Source: Candidatus Latescibacterota bacterium (GTDB taxonomy: Bacteria; Latescibacterota; UBA2968; UBA8231). Taken from it: a DNA stretch of 64,000 bases. Positions 37,501 through 46,917 of this stretch are shown piece by piece. The position numbers and the translations under genes are program-made. Within the stretch, counting starts at the first letter, position 1. Every line of letters starts with the position of its first letter. The DNA lies in NCBI GenBank assembly GCA_965203175.1, contig OZ241867.1, positions 6,496,001-6,560,000 of the forward strand, in the 5' to 3' direction. The notes under the pieces were generated by a model. The model was not told the origin of the DNA and ran no database searches. It saw only the letters and a program-made list of their open reading frames with translations.

Positions 37501-37956
37501 ATGAACTCGGTCGGCCACGTGGATCTGGCCCTGCTGGATGGCCGGATGGCTGTCGAAGTAGGCTCCCACCAAATCGCCGTACCAGGCCCAGTCGTACTCG
37601 GTATCGGCCGCAGAGTGGATACCCACAAAACCACCGCCACTGCGAATGTAGCGCTCGAAAGCTCGCTCTTGCTCAGCGGCTAGGACGTCGCCGGTCGTAT
37701 TGAGAAAAATCACCGCCCGATACGGTGCCAATCCCTCGTCGGTAAAACGCCCCGCGTCCTCAGTGGCCTCGACGGCAAAACCGTTTTCCCGCCCCAAGGC
37801 CTGGACGGCGGCAATGCCGTCGGGAATGGAGTCGTGGCGGAAACCAGCGGCTTTAGTAAAAATCAAGACGGCCACATGCTGATCATCAAAAGGTTCCGCA
37901 AGAACTTGGGAAAGTCCTACAAACAACAGTGCGACGGGCCAACGCGTAGTTTTCAA
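34594..37956 (-). CDS. ThuA-like + PQQ-dependent sugar dehydrogenase (GSDH) + PKD + CBM6 protein with T9SS type-A-like CTD
   Basis: FTKAAGFRHDSI/GGFVGIHSA/DEWYNY (ThuA); CCHSGGALAFGPDG, MGVRNPFR (GSDH); YAWDFTGDG (PKD); IGFIAHGDW/TGAWQVY (CBM6); PYPNPFNP...RRMVLLR; TTG start overlapping upstream stop. Confidence 0.85.
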   Translation of the reverse strand: MKTTRWPVALLFVGLSQVLAEPFDDQHVAVLIFTKAAGFRHDSIPDGIAAVQALGRENGFAVEATEDAGRFTDEGLAPYRAVIFLNTTGDVLAAEQERAFERYIRSGGGFVGIHSAADTEYDWAWYGDLVGAYFDSHPAIQQGQIHVADRVHPATSHLSARWERRDEWYNYRRNPRGRVHILATLDEGSYDGGNHGFDHPIAWCHDYDGGRSWYTGGGHTRESYGEPLFMQHILGGIEYATGVTAADCGVTLDTNFAKVVLDSEAENPIDLAVAPDGRVFFIERKGELNVYRPDLGLTRLAGQLAVSTDFEDGLLGIALDPDFVRNNWLYLFYSPHGEEAKQHVSRFELDGDELVLDSEVVLLEIPTQRRACCHSGGALAFGPDGNLYIGVGDNTNPFDSDGFSPLDERPDRRDWDAQRTAANSADLRGKILRIKPQDDGSYSIPPGNLFAEAEEGRPEIYVMGVRNPFRLSIDRKSGWLYWGDVGPDARQADPQRGPIGLDEWNQARAAGNFGWPYCIGDNQPYVAYDFATESSGMPFDCGALRNLSPNNTGLQSLPPAQAAWVWYPYGTSSAFPEIIADSGRTALAGPVYYYDAAAGDKKLPEYYDGTLFMYEWASNWIKEVKLDEDGNILKINPFLDSMEFIRPISMQFGPDGSLYVLEWGSGFWGDNDDARVVRIDYVRGTRAPVPRIEAVPTNGAAPLEVHFSGRNSFDPDPGSMLDYAWDFTGDGEIDATGLEVVFTYEVSGDYIAQLMVSDAEGNQGVAQVPISVGNTVPEVEIVRPPDGGFFSWGEVVDFEVRAFDEEDGTADCARVVLQAFIGHDEHSHPLEEYGACSGSFQTEAGHGGDGDDLFYTIEARYTDRGTESVAPLTGRAGHILQPKRKQAEHYTRQSGVLLETTGDEAGGGQNIGFIAHGDWISFAPMNLEGIESLNYRVASAGLGGRIEVRVDSLKGPPISAVRVGSTGAWQVYTDLAAPIADPGGTHELFFIFLRNPGDDGLFNINWIDFQGPGVSRPSATAVEAESSSQGSLPGQPVLYPPYPNPFNPTAQIRFVLPERMAVRLEVFDILGQRVDVVINEALDAGSHAVRFGRADLASGVYIVRLATLGGDLVRRMVLLR

Positions 37957-39929
37957 AACATCCGAATCCTATTCCCGGTCATACCTGTAAACCCATCGAC
38001 GACCATCCAGAAGCCTCCAGCGACGAACTGCCCCAATACCATGCCAAGAAAAAACCACCGCGTCGCCTTGTACCCATTCGGCCCAGTATACTTCAACACG
38101 AGAGCCTTGACCAGCCACGCGAGGAAAATGCTAAACCAGACGCTGTTGAGGATCCAGGTGCCGCTAGCCAAATAACCCAGCGGATGGAAGGGCCACCACA
38201 AAAGGTGGTGCCGCGCCCAGATCAACAGCGCCATAATCGCCGCGCCGACTCCGTTCCACAGCCAGCCATCCCAATTGGGGCCAGTCGGATTGAGCGCAAA
38301 GTTTTGCGCCACGCGAAACGGCTCCTTGGCAAACCACGCCCACGAACCGTGGTAGTTGTTCGCGCCGTAGTGGTAGCTCAGCACGAGGATCGTGCAAACC
38401 CCGCCCACGAGGCCAATGGCCATGGCCATCCCGATCATCGCGAGGATGCGGCGTTTGTAGCGGCTCAGGCCGTGCAACATGCGAATGCCGTTGGCGCAGG
38501 GAGCCATCATAAACACCAGCAGGTCGCCAGCCCAAGCGAGCGTCATGCCCGTGGCCAGCACCCCAGCCACCCCAAGGGACGAGGAGCCGACGCTGGAGAT
38601 GAGAAAGCCGCAGCCCGACATGCCCTGGACGGCCGCGGCCAAACCAGCTTCGACGATCATCCGCGTCAGGGCCAAAAAAATGACAAACGCCCCGAACAGA
38701 TAGACGAAGACCGCCCACAGCGGCAGGCCAGAACGCCATAGCCACAGCGACATAACCGCGAGGCCCAGCGCAACCCCGAGGGTCGCCGTGCGGTACGACA
38801 TCAGTTCCTCGCCATCGGACCGCCCCTCCCGCCGCCAGAGGTGCTGCACAACGTGCCATATATGGACGCGCGCCGTCCACAGTCCCAAAATCACCATGAC
38901 GATCATCGCGCCCATGGTCTGATGGCTCAGCAGGCCCATGGTCGGCCCCTCAAAGGTGTGGCTGAAAATGTCTAGATTCTCGGTGCTCAAGATGCCGATG
39001 CGGGTAAAGAGTACCTCCTCGGCTTTGACCAACAAATAGAAGAACCACAAGCTAAAGGTGATGTTGGCGTTGACTAGATAGGCTAGTCCCATCCACATGC
39101 AGTCGAAGCGCAAGTAAAACCGCACCGCGTCATGGGCCAGCGGCATCGAATAAGCAAAGTTGATGCGACCGATGAACTCGTAGTAGTGGCTCAAGGCATT
39201 GACCCCGTGCAGCACAAACGGCACGGCCAGCCCCAGCCACATCGCGGGATTCTTCAGGAAGGGTTTGACTCGCGAGGGCGTCGCCTCATCCTCGACCATG
39301 CCCAGCGGTACCTGCGTCAGCGGGTAGAGCAGCCGCTCGTGGTCCATCCACTGCCGCCGCAAGATGACCATCGAACACACGACGACCACGTAGAACGCAG
39401 CCATAAACAACAGCCACCACAAAAGCGGCTCCAGCCAAGCGCCCCACGGGATCGCCGCACCTTCCGGCAGGCCCTCGTAAAAACCTTGAATGGCTTGGGC
39501 ATCGTAGGGAATGAGCCAAGTGGGGACGTGCGGGAGGAGCAGCTCCTCCCAGTTGTTTTCCGGGCTAGCGAAGTAGAAGATGCCGGTCAGAATCGGCACC
39601 GCAATGCTGATGAAACCCCGCGCGGCAATGGCAGTGGTAATCATCATCATCACCGCAATACTCAACAACTCGGCGCGGCTAAAAAGCCAGTCTCGCCGCA
39701 CCAAGCCGAGCAGCGGCTGCACGAGCGCCACGAGCAAAAAGAGCAAGAAAAAGGCGGCCGGCGTCGAGGAATTCAGCCCGAGCTGGGTGCCGTTGAGGAC
39801 GAATTCCCCGTACGGCAGGCCCACGGCAATCGCGCCACACAGCACGGCCCCCACGAGCATGGCGCGCACGCTGATTCCGGCGCGGTGCGCGGATTTCCTC
39901 GAATCGTCCATAGCGCGTGGTTCGCTCAA
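37953..39929 (-). CDS. Polytopic membrane protein, DUF6785/DUF6784-like (OPT-like putative transporter)
   Basis: Many TM helices; ILRRQWMDHERLLYPL and WWPFHPLGY motifs. Confidence 0.75.
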   Translation of the reverse strand: MSEPRAMDDSRKSAHRAGISVRAMLVGAVLCGAIAVGLPYGEFVLNGTQLGLNSSTPAAFFLLFLLVALVQPLLGLVRRDWLFSRAELLSIAVMMMITTAIAARGFISIAVPILTGIFYFASPENNWEELLLPHVPTWLIPYDAQAIQGFYEGLPEGAAIPWGAWLEPLLWWLLFMAAFYVVVVCSMVILRRQWMDHERLLYPLTQVPLGMVEDEATPSRVKPFLKNPAMWLGLAVPFVLHGVNALSHYYEFIGRINFAYSMPLAHDAVRFYLRFDCMWMGLAYLVNANITFSLWFFYLLVKAEEVLFTRIGILSTENLDIFSHTFEGPTMGLLSHQTMGAMIVMVILGLWTARVHIWHVVQHLWRREGRSDGEELMSYRTATLGVALGLAVMSLWLWRSGLPLWAVFVYLFGAFVIFLALTRMIVEAGLAAAVQGMSGCGFLISSVGSSSLGVAGVLATGMTLAWAGDLLVFMMAPCANGIRMLHGLSRYKRRILAMIGMAMAIGLVGGVCTILVLSYHYGANNYHGSWAWFAKEPFRVAQNFALNPTGPNWDGWLWNGVGAAIMALLIWARHHLLWWPFHPLGYLASGTWILNSVWFSIFLAWLVKALVLKYTGPNGYKATRWFFLGMVLGQFVAGGFWMVVDGFTGMTGNRIRMF

Positions 39930-40894
39930 CTTAGCGCGACCCGCCGCCCCTCTGCCGCAGCCACCTCAGCACCCAAGCCGATGCGGATGGCTTCAAGGGC
40001 CACATCCAAGTCGGCGCGCCAACCGTCCCCACCGCGCACTTCTTTTACAAACAAGCTCTCCAGCGAGTGCTCGTCGTCTCCAGGCGGAGGCAGCGATTCC
40101 GCGCCAGCCGCCGTCGAGCAGCACCAACTGTCGGCTTCGTACGCCAGCGTCCCCCCCTCCAGCACCAAGTGCTCGTACTGCTCGGCACGGTTGATGGCAA
40201 TGCCCCCAGCCCAAGTCCACTGCGCCGTACCACCTCCTGCAAATCCCACCACCGCGCGGTTGACAAAGCGCTCGTACGCGCCGTCGGCATTCAGACCGTC
40301 GTAATGGGCATAGCCCTCGACCCAAGCGGCCGGGCCGAACAAATCGACTAGCGGATAGACGTGATAGACAAAAAACAAGCTAGGCGGCCCGGAAACGCGC
40401 AGGTTAAACAACACCTCGGGCCGCGCTCCTCGCCCCGGGGTCAGGCGCGTAAACAGGGCGACCAATAAGCCGCCGAGGGAAGCCGCCGCCTCTTTGAACT
40501 GTCGGTGCTCGACCGATACCACTTCGGGATGGGCTACGCGCAGCACCTTGCCGGTCGCCCGCGCCAAGTCCACCAAGGATTCTCCTTCGTCGAGTCGGCG
40601 CGCCAAGGGGTATTCCAAGAATACGTGTTTGCCCGCTTTTAGGGCGGCTGCGGCAATGGGAGCGTGGCTGTCGTTGTTGGTGCAAATCGCCACCGCGTCT
40701 ATATCGACTCGCTCGATCAGGGCCTGCCAATGGCTCAACAACTCCACCTCGTGCTGCTGGGCCAGTTCGACCCCGGTGCGCTCGTTGCGGGCAGCTAGTG
40801 CCGTTAGCTGACAACCCTCCATGGCCGCAAAAGCAGCGGCCCGGCGTTGGGCCATGCCGCCCGACCCGATCAAACCCAAGCGAATAGCTTTCAT
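39926..40894 (-). CDS. Gfo/Idh/MocA-family oxidoreductase
   Basis: GLIGSGGMA Rossmann motif; AGKHVFLEYPLA. Confidence 0.88.
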   Translation of the reverse strand: MKAIRLGLIGSGGMAQRRAAAFAAMEGCQLTALAARNERTGVELAQQHEVELLSHWQALIERVDIDAVAICTNNDSHAPIAAAALKAGKHVFLEYPLARRLDEGESLVDLARATGKVLRVAHPEVVSVEHRQFKEAAASLGGLLVALFTRLTPGRGARPEVLFNLRVSGPPSLFFVYHVYPLVDLFGPAAWVEGYAHYDGLNADGAYERFVNRAVVGFAGGGTAQWTWAGGIAINRAEQYEHLVLEGGTLAYEADSWCCSTAAGAESLPPPGDDEHSLESLFVKEVRGGDGWRADLDVALEAIRIGLGAEVAAAEGRRVALS

Positions 40895-41081
40895 CTGCCA
40901 AATTTCCTTGCCAAATTTTCGGATTCTGACTGCCGTTTAAGTATGCCTCTTGGCCATCTCCATGTCCACTTTGTCCCGACTTTTTGGTTTGTGTCGCATA
41001 GCTGGCGATTGTATATTTAGCCTCTTCAATAAAGCTTGCAAAGGTTGCAAGTTCGCTCAAACCACCACAAGGAGAGCAAGA

Positions 41082-42017
41082 ATGAAGTTATTGATTGCGT
41101 GCGGCTTTAGCCTAGCCTTAATCGGAGCCGCAAACGCCCAGTTCAACGATCCGCCGGCCCTCGAAAATCGCAACGGCCGGCTCGGCTTTGAGTTTTACAT
41201 GCTCGAAGTCCCCGATCCCAGTTCCATGACGGCCGATGGCGACGCCAGCGACTGGGGCTGGTTCGATCCCGAGTACACCCTCACCATGGATGAGTGGCGC
41301 GACGAAGCCGATCGTCCCCTGCCCGAGCGCGATGACTACAACGTCACCACCCTCATGGGCTGGAAAGGCGGCGATGTCAACCGCTGGTACGTGCATATGG
41401 AAATTGTCGACGACGTCCTCTGCCACTGGGGCACTAACGTCGAGCAATGGCACGCCGACATGATCGAATTTTCCCTCGACCCGACGGATCACGGTCGCGA
41501 ATTCGGCACCGGTTGGGTCATGGAATACATCGCCCGCCCGGGCGACATGGTGCCGCCGCAGAACGTGCGCTATCGCTGGACTCAGGACGATAAGCCCCCA
41601 GCGTGGAAGGAAAACAACGAGGTCATCGAGTTCGCCGTCCGCGTCGATCCGCCCGAAGCTTGGGCCGCTGAAGTGTGGGACGCCGGTGGGACCACGTATT
41701 ACGAGTGGAACTACGAGGTCAAGAGATTCATGGAAGACGGCGGGCCGTCGGTCAGCGAGACCTTCCAGTTGGATGCCGTTGCCGGGGAAGACGGCGCGGG
41801 CCTAGCCTTCAACCTGTGGGCTGAGGACAGCGAGCCAACAGGAGACGACGGCGACCGCGCCTCTTCAGTGGTCAACGACATGACCACGCGCGGCCCCGAA
41901 GCCTCGGCGCGGCAGTATTACGCTCATGCCCTGCTGCTCCGCATCGGCGAGTACGCCGCCGCAACGTCCGTGGAAGAGTCAACTTGGGCACAGATCAAGG
42001 ATTCTTTCGGCCGCTAA
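41082..42017 (+). CDS. Secreted hypothetical protein (possible CBM9/DOMON-like) with C-terminal TSVxxxxWAxIK tag
   Basis: Start ATG 41082 with AAGGAG RBS; signal peptide; ADGDASDW; ends ATSVEESTWAQIKDSFGR. Confidence 0.7.
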   Translation: MKLLIACGFSLALIGAANAQFNDPPALENRNGRLGFEFYMLEVPDPSSMTADGDASDWGWFDPEYTLTMDEWRDEADRPLPERDDYNVTTLMGWKGGDVNRWYVHMEIVDDVLCHWGTNVEQWHADMIEFSLDPTDHGREFGTGWVMEYIARPGDMVPPQNVRYRWTQDDKPPAWKENNEVIEFAVRVDPPEAWAAEVWDAGGTTYYEWNYEVKRFMEDGGPSVSETFQLDAVAGEDGAGLAFNLWAEDSEPTGDDGDRASSVVNDMTTRGPEASARQYYAHALLLRIGEYAAATSVEESTWAQIKDSFGR

Positions 42018-42088
42018 ACCCCTCGGAGCGGCTTCGCGGCCGAATGCCGTCGTGGAGCCGCTCCACCTCACATCGAGAATTCTCTTCA

Positions 42089-42125
42089 GGGCGGGTGCGC
42101 GTTATCAGGTGCCCGCCCACTTTTG
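42089..42125 (+). terminator. Probable rho-independent terminator
   Basis: GGGCGGGTGC...GTGCCCGCCC stem (two G-U pairs) followed by ACTTTTG. Confidence 0.55.
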
Positions 42126-42167
42126 CATCTTCACTGGCGTCGCCTTGGTAGGTAGAGAGAACGTACA

Positions 42168-42887
42168 ATGCGCGGATGCTTATGGATCGCGGTGCTCATC
42201 TTCCTCGTCAGCGGTTGTGGGCGCTATTTCCCCCAACCGCTGCGGCCCACGCCCCAACAGGCCGAGGGCATAACCGTCAACGACGACGGCTCCGTCACCT
42301 ACGCACGCGAGCGGCTGGCCATCACCCTAAGGCCAATGACCGACGCCGAACTCAACCGGCAATTTCCCCAAGCCTCGACCGGCGGTGCTGCCGCAGTCAA
42401 TCCCTATACCTTTGGCGATTGGGCCCCACCCGGCGACGACTGGACGCCTTCCCGCTTTTTGGTGATGAAACTAGGCGTCGCCAATTACCAGTTCCCCAAG
42501 GTCGTCATCGACCCTCTCAAAGCCACGATCAAAGCGGCCAACAATCAAATCTACCGCGCCTTGAGCTACGCCGAGCTGTACGAATACTACCGATCGTACT
42601 GGCAGGCCAACTCCGGCCAAGGCCGAATCGAATTCAGGGCCCGCACCGACATTCTCAAGCAAACCATGTTCACCAATGCCTTCATCTTCAGTGGCCGCGA
42701 CGAGGAAGGGTACATCGTCTTTCCCCGTTTGGACGACGAAATACAGCGCATCCAAGTGGAAATCGCCGACATCGCCATCCGCTTCAATTTCGAGGACAAA
42801 CCCGTGGAGACCATTGACCTCAGCGTTTCTTTCGAGCGCGAGGTACTCAAGGGGAACGCGCCCCACAGCGCGGTTCCATTGAACTGA
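42168..42887 (+). CDS. Lipoprotein, same family as 1074-2261/14190-15317 but without the TonB-C-like domain
   Basis: LVSG-C; DGSVTY, NPYTFGDW, SRFLV, FPKVVIDP, EYYRS, GYIVF, FEREV. Confidence 0.75.
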   Translation: MRGCLWIAVLIFLVSGCGRYFPQPLRPTPQQAEGITVNDDGSVTYARERLAITLRPMTDAELNRQFPQASTGGAAAVNPYTFGDWAPPGDDWTPSRFLVMKLGVANYQFPKVVIDPLKATIKAANNQIYRALSYAELYEYYRSYWQANSGQGRIEFRARTDILKQTMFTNAFIFSGRDEEGYIVFPRLDDEIQRIQVEIADIAIRFNFEDKPVETIDLSVSFEREVLKGNAPHSAVPLN

Positions 42888-42892
42888 GAATC

Positions 42893-44902
42893 ATGTGGCC
42901 CCCTTGCTCCCTTCCGCTTGGCCGTGTCGCCGCTGTCTGCATGATGATAGGGCTGGGAGCACGGCTGGGGCTGGCCGAGGTGGAAACATACCACCTAGGC
43001 CGCGGCGGCTTGTCATGGTCTTCTCAGGCGGATATCCAAAACGGAACCGTAGGGGTTGAGGGCGCGCTACAGCCGCTGGAGTTGCGCCGCGGCCAGAACC
43101 TAATGGAGTTGCTGCGAGCCGCAGGTCAGACTTGGCTCAACGGCAGCCCCAGCGATTTTATCAAGCCCGGACAGCCGCGCACTTGGTCCAACGACGGCCC
43201 CTTCAATCAGGTAAACGGCCCCCTGCAACTCGTCGACGGCGACCCTTCCAGTTCGTCAGAAGGCGCGTTCCGAACGGCGCGCAACCAAGCGGGGGCCACG
43301 TTTTTTTGGGACCTCGGCGCTCCTTTTCCCATAGAACGCGTGCGTTTTGCGCCAGCACCCGGCGAGCTAGATTGGTTCATCAAGGCATTTGAACTGCGGG
43401 TGAGCGACGGCGAGCAGTTCGACGAGGTCCGGCGACCCGTCTATCACCTGCTGAGCCGCGTCGAGGACAACAAGGACCCCGTGGTCGAGCTTTCCTTCAA
43501 CGGAGTGCAGGGGCGCTTTCTCCGGCTCAAGGTGCTCTCGCGCAATCCCTTCAACCTCGCGGAATTCGAGGTGTACGGCGAGGGATTCGTGCCGGTGTCC
43601 AGCTATGTCTCGCAGCTCCATTCCTTTGGGCGACCCGTGAATTTCGGGCGGCTCGTAGTGCGGGCCGAGCGGTTGAACCGCGGCGCAGCAGGCGACACCG
43701 CGATCGTGCGCTTGCAGCTACGCAGCGGCATGGACGACACGCCCCTAGCCTATTTTCGCCGCGACCGCGACACCGGCGTCCGCGAAGAAGTATCCCTGTC
43801 CGAGTACAACAATCTGCCCAGACGCGCCCTGTACCGCCGCGATCCCGACACGGGAGCTGTGCTAGGAGAAGTAACGAGGACCGAGTATCTCTCACTGCCG
43901 TTGGCCGAGGTTGGGCCAGCGCGCGACTTTGTGCAGGCCGACATCCGCGAGGATGTGGAGAATTGGAGTTCTTGGACCCCACCACTGCAACTCGATTCGT
44001 CGGCTACGGTCGTCATGCCGTTGGGTCTGCCAAGTCCGCGCGAATTCTTGCAGTTCCGCATCTTTTTCAACGGACATGCCGCGAGCACCATGCGCCTCGA
44101 TAGCTTGGTAGTGGAGTTTTCTCCCGGACTGGTCAGCACAGCCGTCGGCGAAGTCGCATTGGCCACTGATCCCAATCCCGGCGACGGCGTCTTGGCCGTT
44201 CCGAGCGGGGTCGATACTTCCTTTGTCTGCGACATCCTCACCCAATTCGACGAAGACGATCTAGCGGGCTTTCGCGGCCTCAAGCTCACCGCTTTTCCAC
44301 CGCCCGTGTTTGAGCGGCTGCAAATGGGCGATCCCCTCGTCGAGGTCGCGGACGTCGAGGTCGAGCCTATCGCCGAGGGTTTTCACGTCTTTTTCCCGCC
44401 GGTGACGCGCCAAAACAACCAGCCCATGCGGCTGACCTTTAGGCTGCGGCTGCTGGAGTACCATACGCCACTGAACGCTTTCTTGCTCGGCGACGGCAAT
44501 GTGCCGCCGCATCCGATTGTGGCCGGCAATGCCAGTGCCGAGGTGGGAACGGGATCCATTCATATTTTTGCCGCAAGCGCCACGCCCTCGGTCGAAACCC
44601 TCCTCTCGACCGCCGTACTCACGCCCAACGGCGATGGGGTCAACGACGAGGTCGAAGTCTCCGCGGTGCTGACGCAATTTGCCGGCGAGGTGCCGCTGGC
44701 TATCGAAATCTTTGACCTTTCTGGTCTCCGGGTGCGGGAGCTGATTGCCGCGCCCCGGGCCGCGGGAGTCTATCGCGAAACCTGGGACGGCCGGGATGGG
44801 ACCGGCGCAAGGGTCGCGCCCGGTCTGTACCTATGTCGGATCGGGGTAAGCTCGGATATTGCCTCGACCACCGCGACACAACTCATAGGAGTGGCGTATT
44901 GA
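42893..44902 (+). CDS. Secreted discoidin-like protein with FlgD-Ig/CHU_C-like C-terminal domain
   Basis: LVDGDP, WDLGAPF, AEFEVYGEGF, WSSW, PSPREFLQFR, GVDTSF; LTPNGDGVND...IFDLSG...WDGRD...GVAY. Confidence 0.8.
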   Translation: MWPPCSLPLGRVAAVCMMIGLGARLGLAEVETYHLGRGGLSWSSQADIQNGTVGVEGALQPLELRRGQNLMELLRAAGQTWLNGSPSDFIKPGQPRTWSNDGPFNQVNGPLQLVDGDPSSSSEGAFRTARNQAGATFFWDLGAPFPIERVRFAPAPGELDWFIKAFELRVSDGEQFDEVRRPVYHLLSRVEDNKDPVVELSFNGVQGRFLRLKVLSRNPFNLAEFEVYGEGFVPVSSYVSQLHSFGRPVNFGRLVVRAERLNRGAAGDTAIVRLQLRSGMDDTPLAYFRRDRDTGVREEVSLSEYNNLPRRALYRRDPDTGAVLGEVTRTEYLSLPLAEVGPARDFVQADIREDVENWSSWTPPLQLDSSATVVMPLGLPSPREFLQFRIFFNGHAASTMRLDSLVVEFSPGLVSTAVGEVALATDPNPGDGVLAVPSGVDTSFVCDILTQFDEDDLAGFRGLKLTAFPPPVFERLQMGDPLVEVADVEVEPIAEGFHVFFPPVTRQNNQPMRLTFRLRLLEYHTPLNAFLLGDGNVPPHPIVAGNASAEVGTGSIHIFAASATPSVETLLSTAVLTPNGDGVNDEVEVSAVLTQFAGEVPLAIEIFDLSGLRVRELIAAPRAAGVYRETWDGRDGTGARVAPGLYLCRIGVSSDIASTTATQLIGVAY

Positions 44903-46917
44903 CCGCTTTCTTGCTAGTGCCGCTGCTGTTGCTCGCTGGGGCGGCTTGGGGGCAGGCGTCGTCATGGGTCGTCGGCTCAAGTGGCGAACCCTGGGCCGAT
45001 GTGGCCGAGCGCTGGATCGCCCTCGACGACTCTGTGCGCCTTGGAGCCGTCCAGCCTCGCTCCGTGCCCCCAGGACACAACGTGCTGCGCGGGTTGGTGC
45101 GCGCAACGGGTGTTGCCGCTCAAGTCAACATCTTCGACTACCCATGGGCCTTTACCAAAGACCCGGACCGGCTGGAGACCGAGAACCAATTTGTGGGTTG
45201 GCATCCGCGCATGTGGGGCGGCAACGGAGCGGTAATGCGCGGCCTCATAGATGGCGACGAGCTGACCGCCTCTTTCGTTCACCCGCCGCTCGTCGACGGG
45301 CGGCCCAATGCTGCGGTGTTCTATACGCTCGACTTGGGCGTGCCCATCGCCCTCGACAGCCTCGTCTTCTTCCCGCCCCAAAGCGGCTTTACCGACGACA
45401 ATAGACGCCAGCGCAACGTCTTCCCCGTGGGCTACGAAGTAACGCGCACCAACACGCCCACAGACTGGCTCATTTTCGAGGATGAAGCCGTCGCGTTCGG
45501 GTCGCCCGGCTACCACCCGCTCGACGAGCTAGTCGGCAGCACCTTTTCCAACAACCAGAGCATCGTATCGTTGCGGCCGCCTCTGCGCTTTACGCGCTTT
45601 TTGCGCTTCAAGTTCGGCGGCGTCACATCGCTGGGCATTCTCGCCGAGATACAGGCCTTTGGCCGCGGCTATCCCCAAGTGGCGCGTTACTTGTCGCAAG
45701 TTAAGTCCTTTGGCGAGCCAGTGAGTCTCGGTCGGCTTACTTGGCACTTCACACGCTACCAGCAGACGAGTTCCGGCCGCATCGTCGAAGATCCCGCGGC
45801 CCCGGTCCAGCTCATCATCCAGACGCGCTCCGGCACGGACGACGATCCAATCGACCACTTTATTTTTGACGAACTCAGTCGCCTCCTCAAAGTGGATCGC
45901 CCTACCTACCAAGACGCGCCGAGAGTCGTGCACGCCGCCTACGCGCGCGCGCCTGGATTCCAAGCGAGTCGAGGAGAGGATACGGAGAATTGGACGCCTT
46001 GGTCCATTGCCTACGTGGAGTCGGGCGACGAGGTGCGCTCGGCCGATGGCGGGGCATTCTTCCAGTTTCGCTTTGAGATCGCCACGGAGCAGCCCTTTGC
46101 CTTTGGCGTGCTGGACAGCGTGGCCTTTGAGGTGTCGCCTCTGTTGGCCGACAGCGTGCTGGCCGAGGTCTCGCTCGCCGGACCACTGCCCGACCCCAAA
46201 GTCCCACTAGGCGTGGATACTACGTTTGTCTATGACATTCGCACAGTTTTCGCCACCAGCGGCCGCGTGGGGTTTGACGCGATCGAATTAGACGTGCCTC
46301 CGGGCGCACACTTTCTCGGCTTAGAGATTGACGAAGTGCCTGCGCAGGAAGGCGCGGATTTTTCCTTCGTCGCCACACCCAACAAATTCAGCTTCACTTT
46401 TCCGCGAGTTTTTGTCGAGGACGCGTCGTTCCGCGTGCGCTACCGCAGTGCGATCTACCAAGCATCGCTCTTTTTAGAGGGGCAATTGATCAACCGAGAC
46501 CCACAGGCCACCCTCCTGCCCCAGTCGATTGAAGCGGGCGATGCGCGCGCGGACGTCGCCAGCAACAGCATCCAAGTAGTAGCCAGCGAGGAAGAGCTGA
46601 GCGTCTTGGGCGCGCTGCGGCTGTCTTCACCAGTCGTAACGCCCAACGGCGACGGAGCCAACGACATCGTCGTCGCGGCCTTTGATTTATTTGGCGTCAA
46701 CGGAGCGCCGACCACCATGGAAGTGCGAGACCTCGCCGGACGCCGCGTCGCCACCCTGCTCAGCGCCACGTCCCAAGCCGGCTCCTACGCGCCGACTTGG
46801 GACGGCACGGACACAGATGGGGAGTTGGTGCCTCCCGGCCTCTACTTGGTGCAGATAGAGGTCGAGATTGACTTGGGCGTGGAGACGCAGACGTACGCGG
46901 TCGCCGTCGCCTATTGA
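44899..46917 (+). CDS. Secreted discoidin-like protein with FlgD-Ig/CHU_C-like C-terminal domain
   Basis: TTG start at 44899 (TTGA overlap, AGGAG RBS); LIDGD, LDLGVP, AEIQAFGRGY, WTPWS, GVDTTF; VTPNGDGAND...WDGTD...VAVAY. Confidence 0.8.
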   Translation: MTAFLLVPLLLLAGAAWGQASSWVVGSSGEPWADVAERWIALDDSVRLGAVQPRSVPPGHNVLRGLVRATGVAAQVNIFDYPWAFTKDPDRLETENQFVGWHPRMWGGNGAVMRGLIDGDELTASFVHPPLVDGRPNAAVFYTLDLGVPIALDSLVFFPPQSGFTDDNRRQRNVFPVGYEVTRTNTPTDWLIFEDEAVAFGSPGYHPLDELVGSTFSNNQSIVSLRPPLRFTRFLRFKFGGVTSLGILAEIQAFGRGYPQVARYLSQVKSFGEPVSLGRLTWHFTRYQQTSSGRIVEDPAAPVQLIIQTRSGTDDDPIDHFIFDELSRLLKVDRPTYQDAPRVVHAAYARAPGFQASRGEDTENWTPWSIAYVESGDEVRSADGGAFFQFRFEIATEQPFAFGVLDSVAFEVSPLLADSVLAEVSLAGPLPDPKVPLGVDTTFVYDIRTVFATSGRVGFDAIELDVPPGAHFLGLEIDEVPAQEGADFSFVATPNKFSFTFPRVFVEDASFRVRYRSAIYQASLFLEGQLINRDPQATLLPQSIEAGDARADVASNSIQVVASEEELSVLGALRLSSPVVTPNGDGANDIVVAAFDLFGVNGAPTTMEVRDLAGRRVATLLSATSQAGSYAPTWDGTDTDGELVPPGLYLVQIEVEIDLGVETQTYAVAVAY

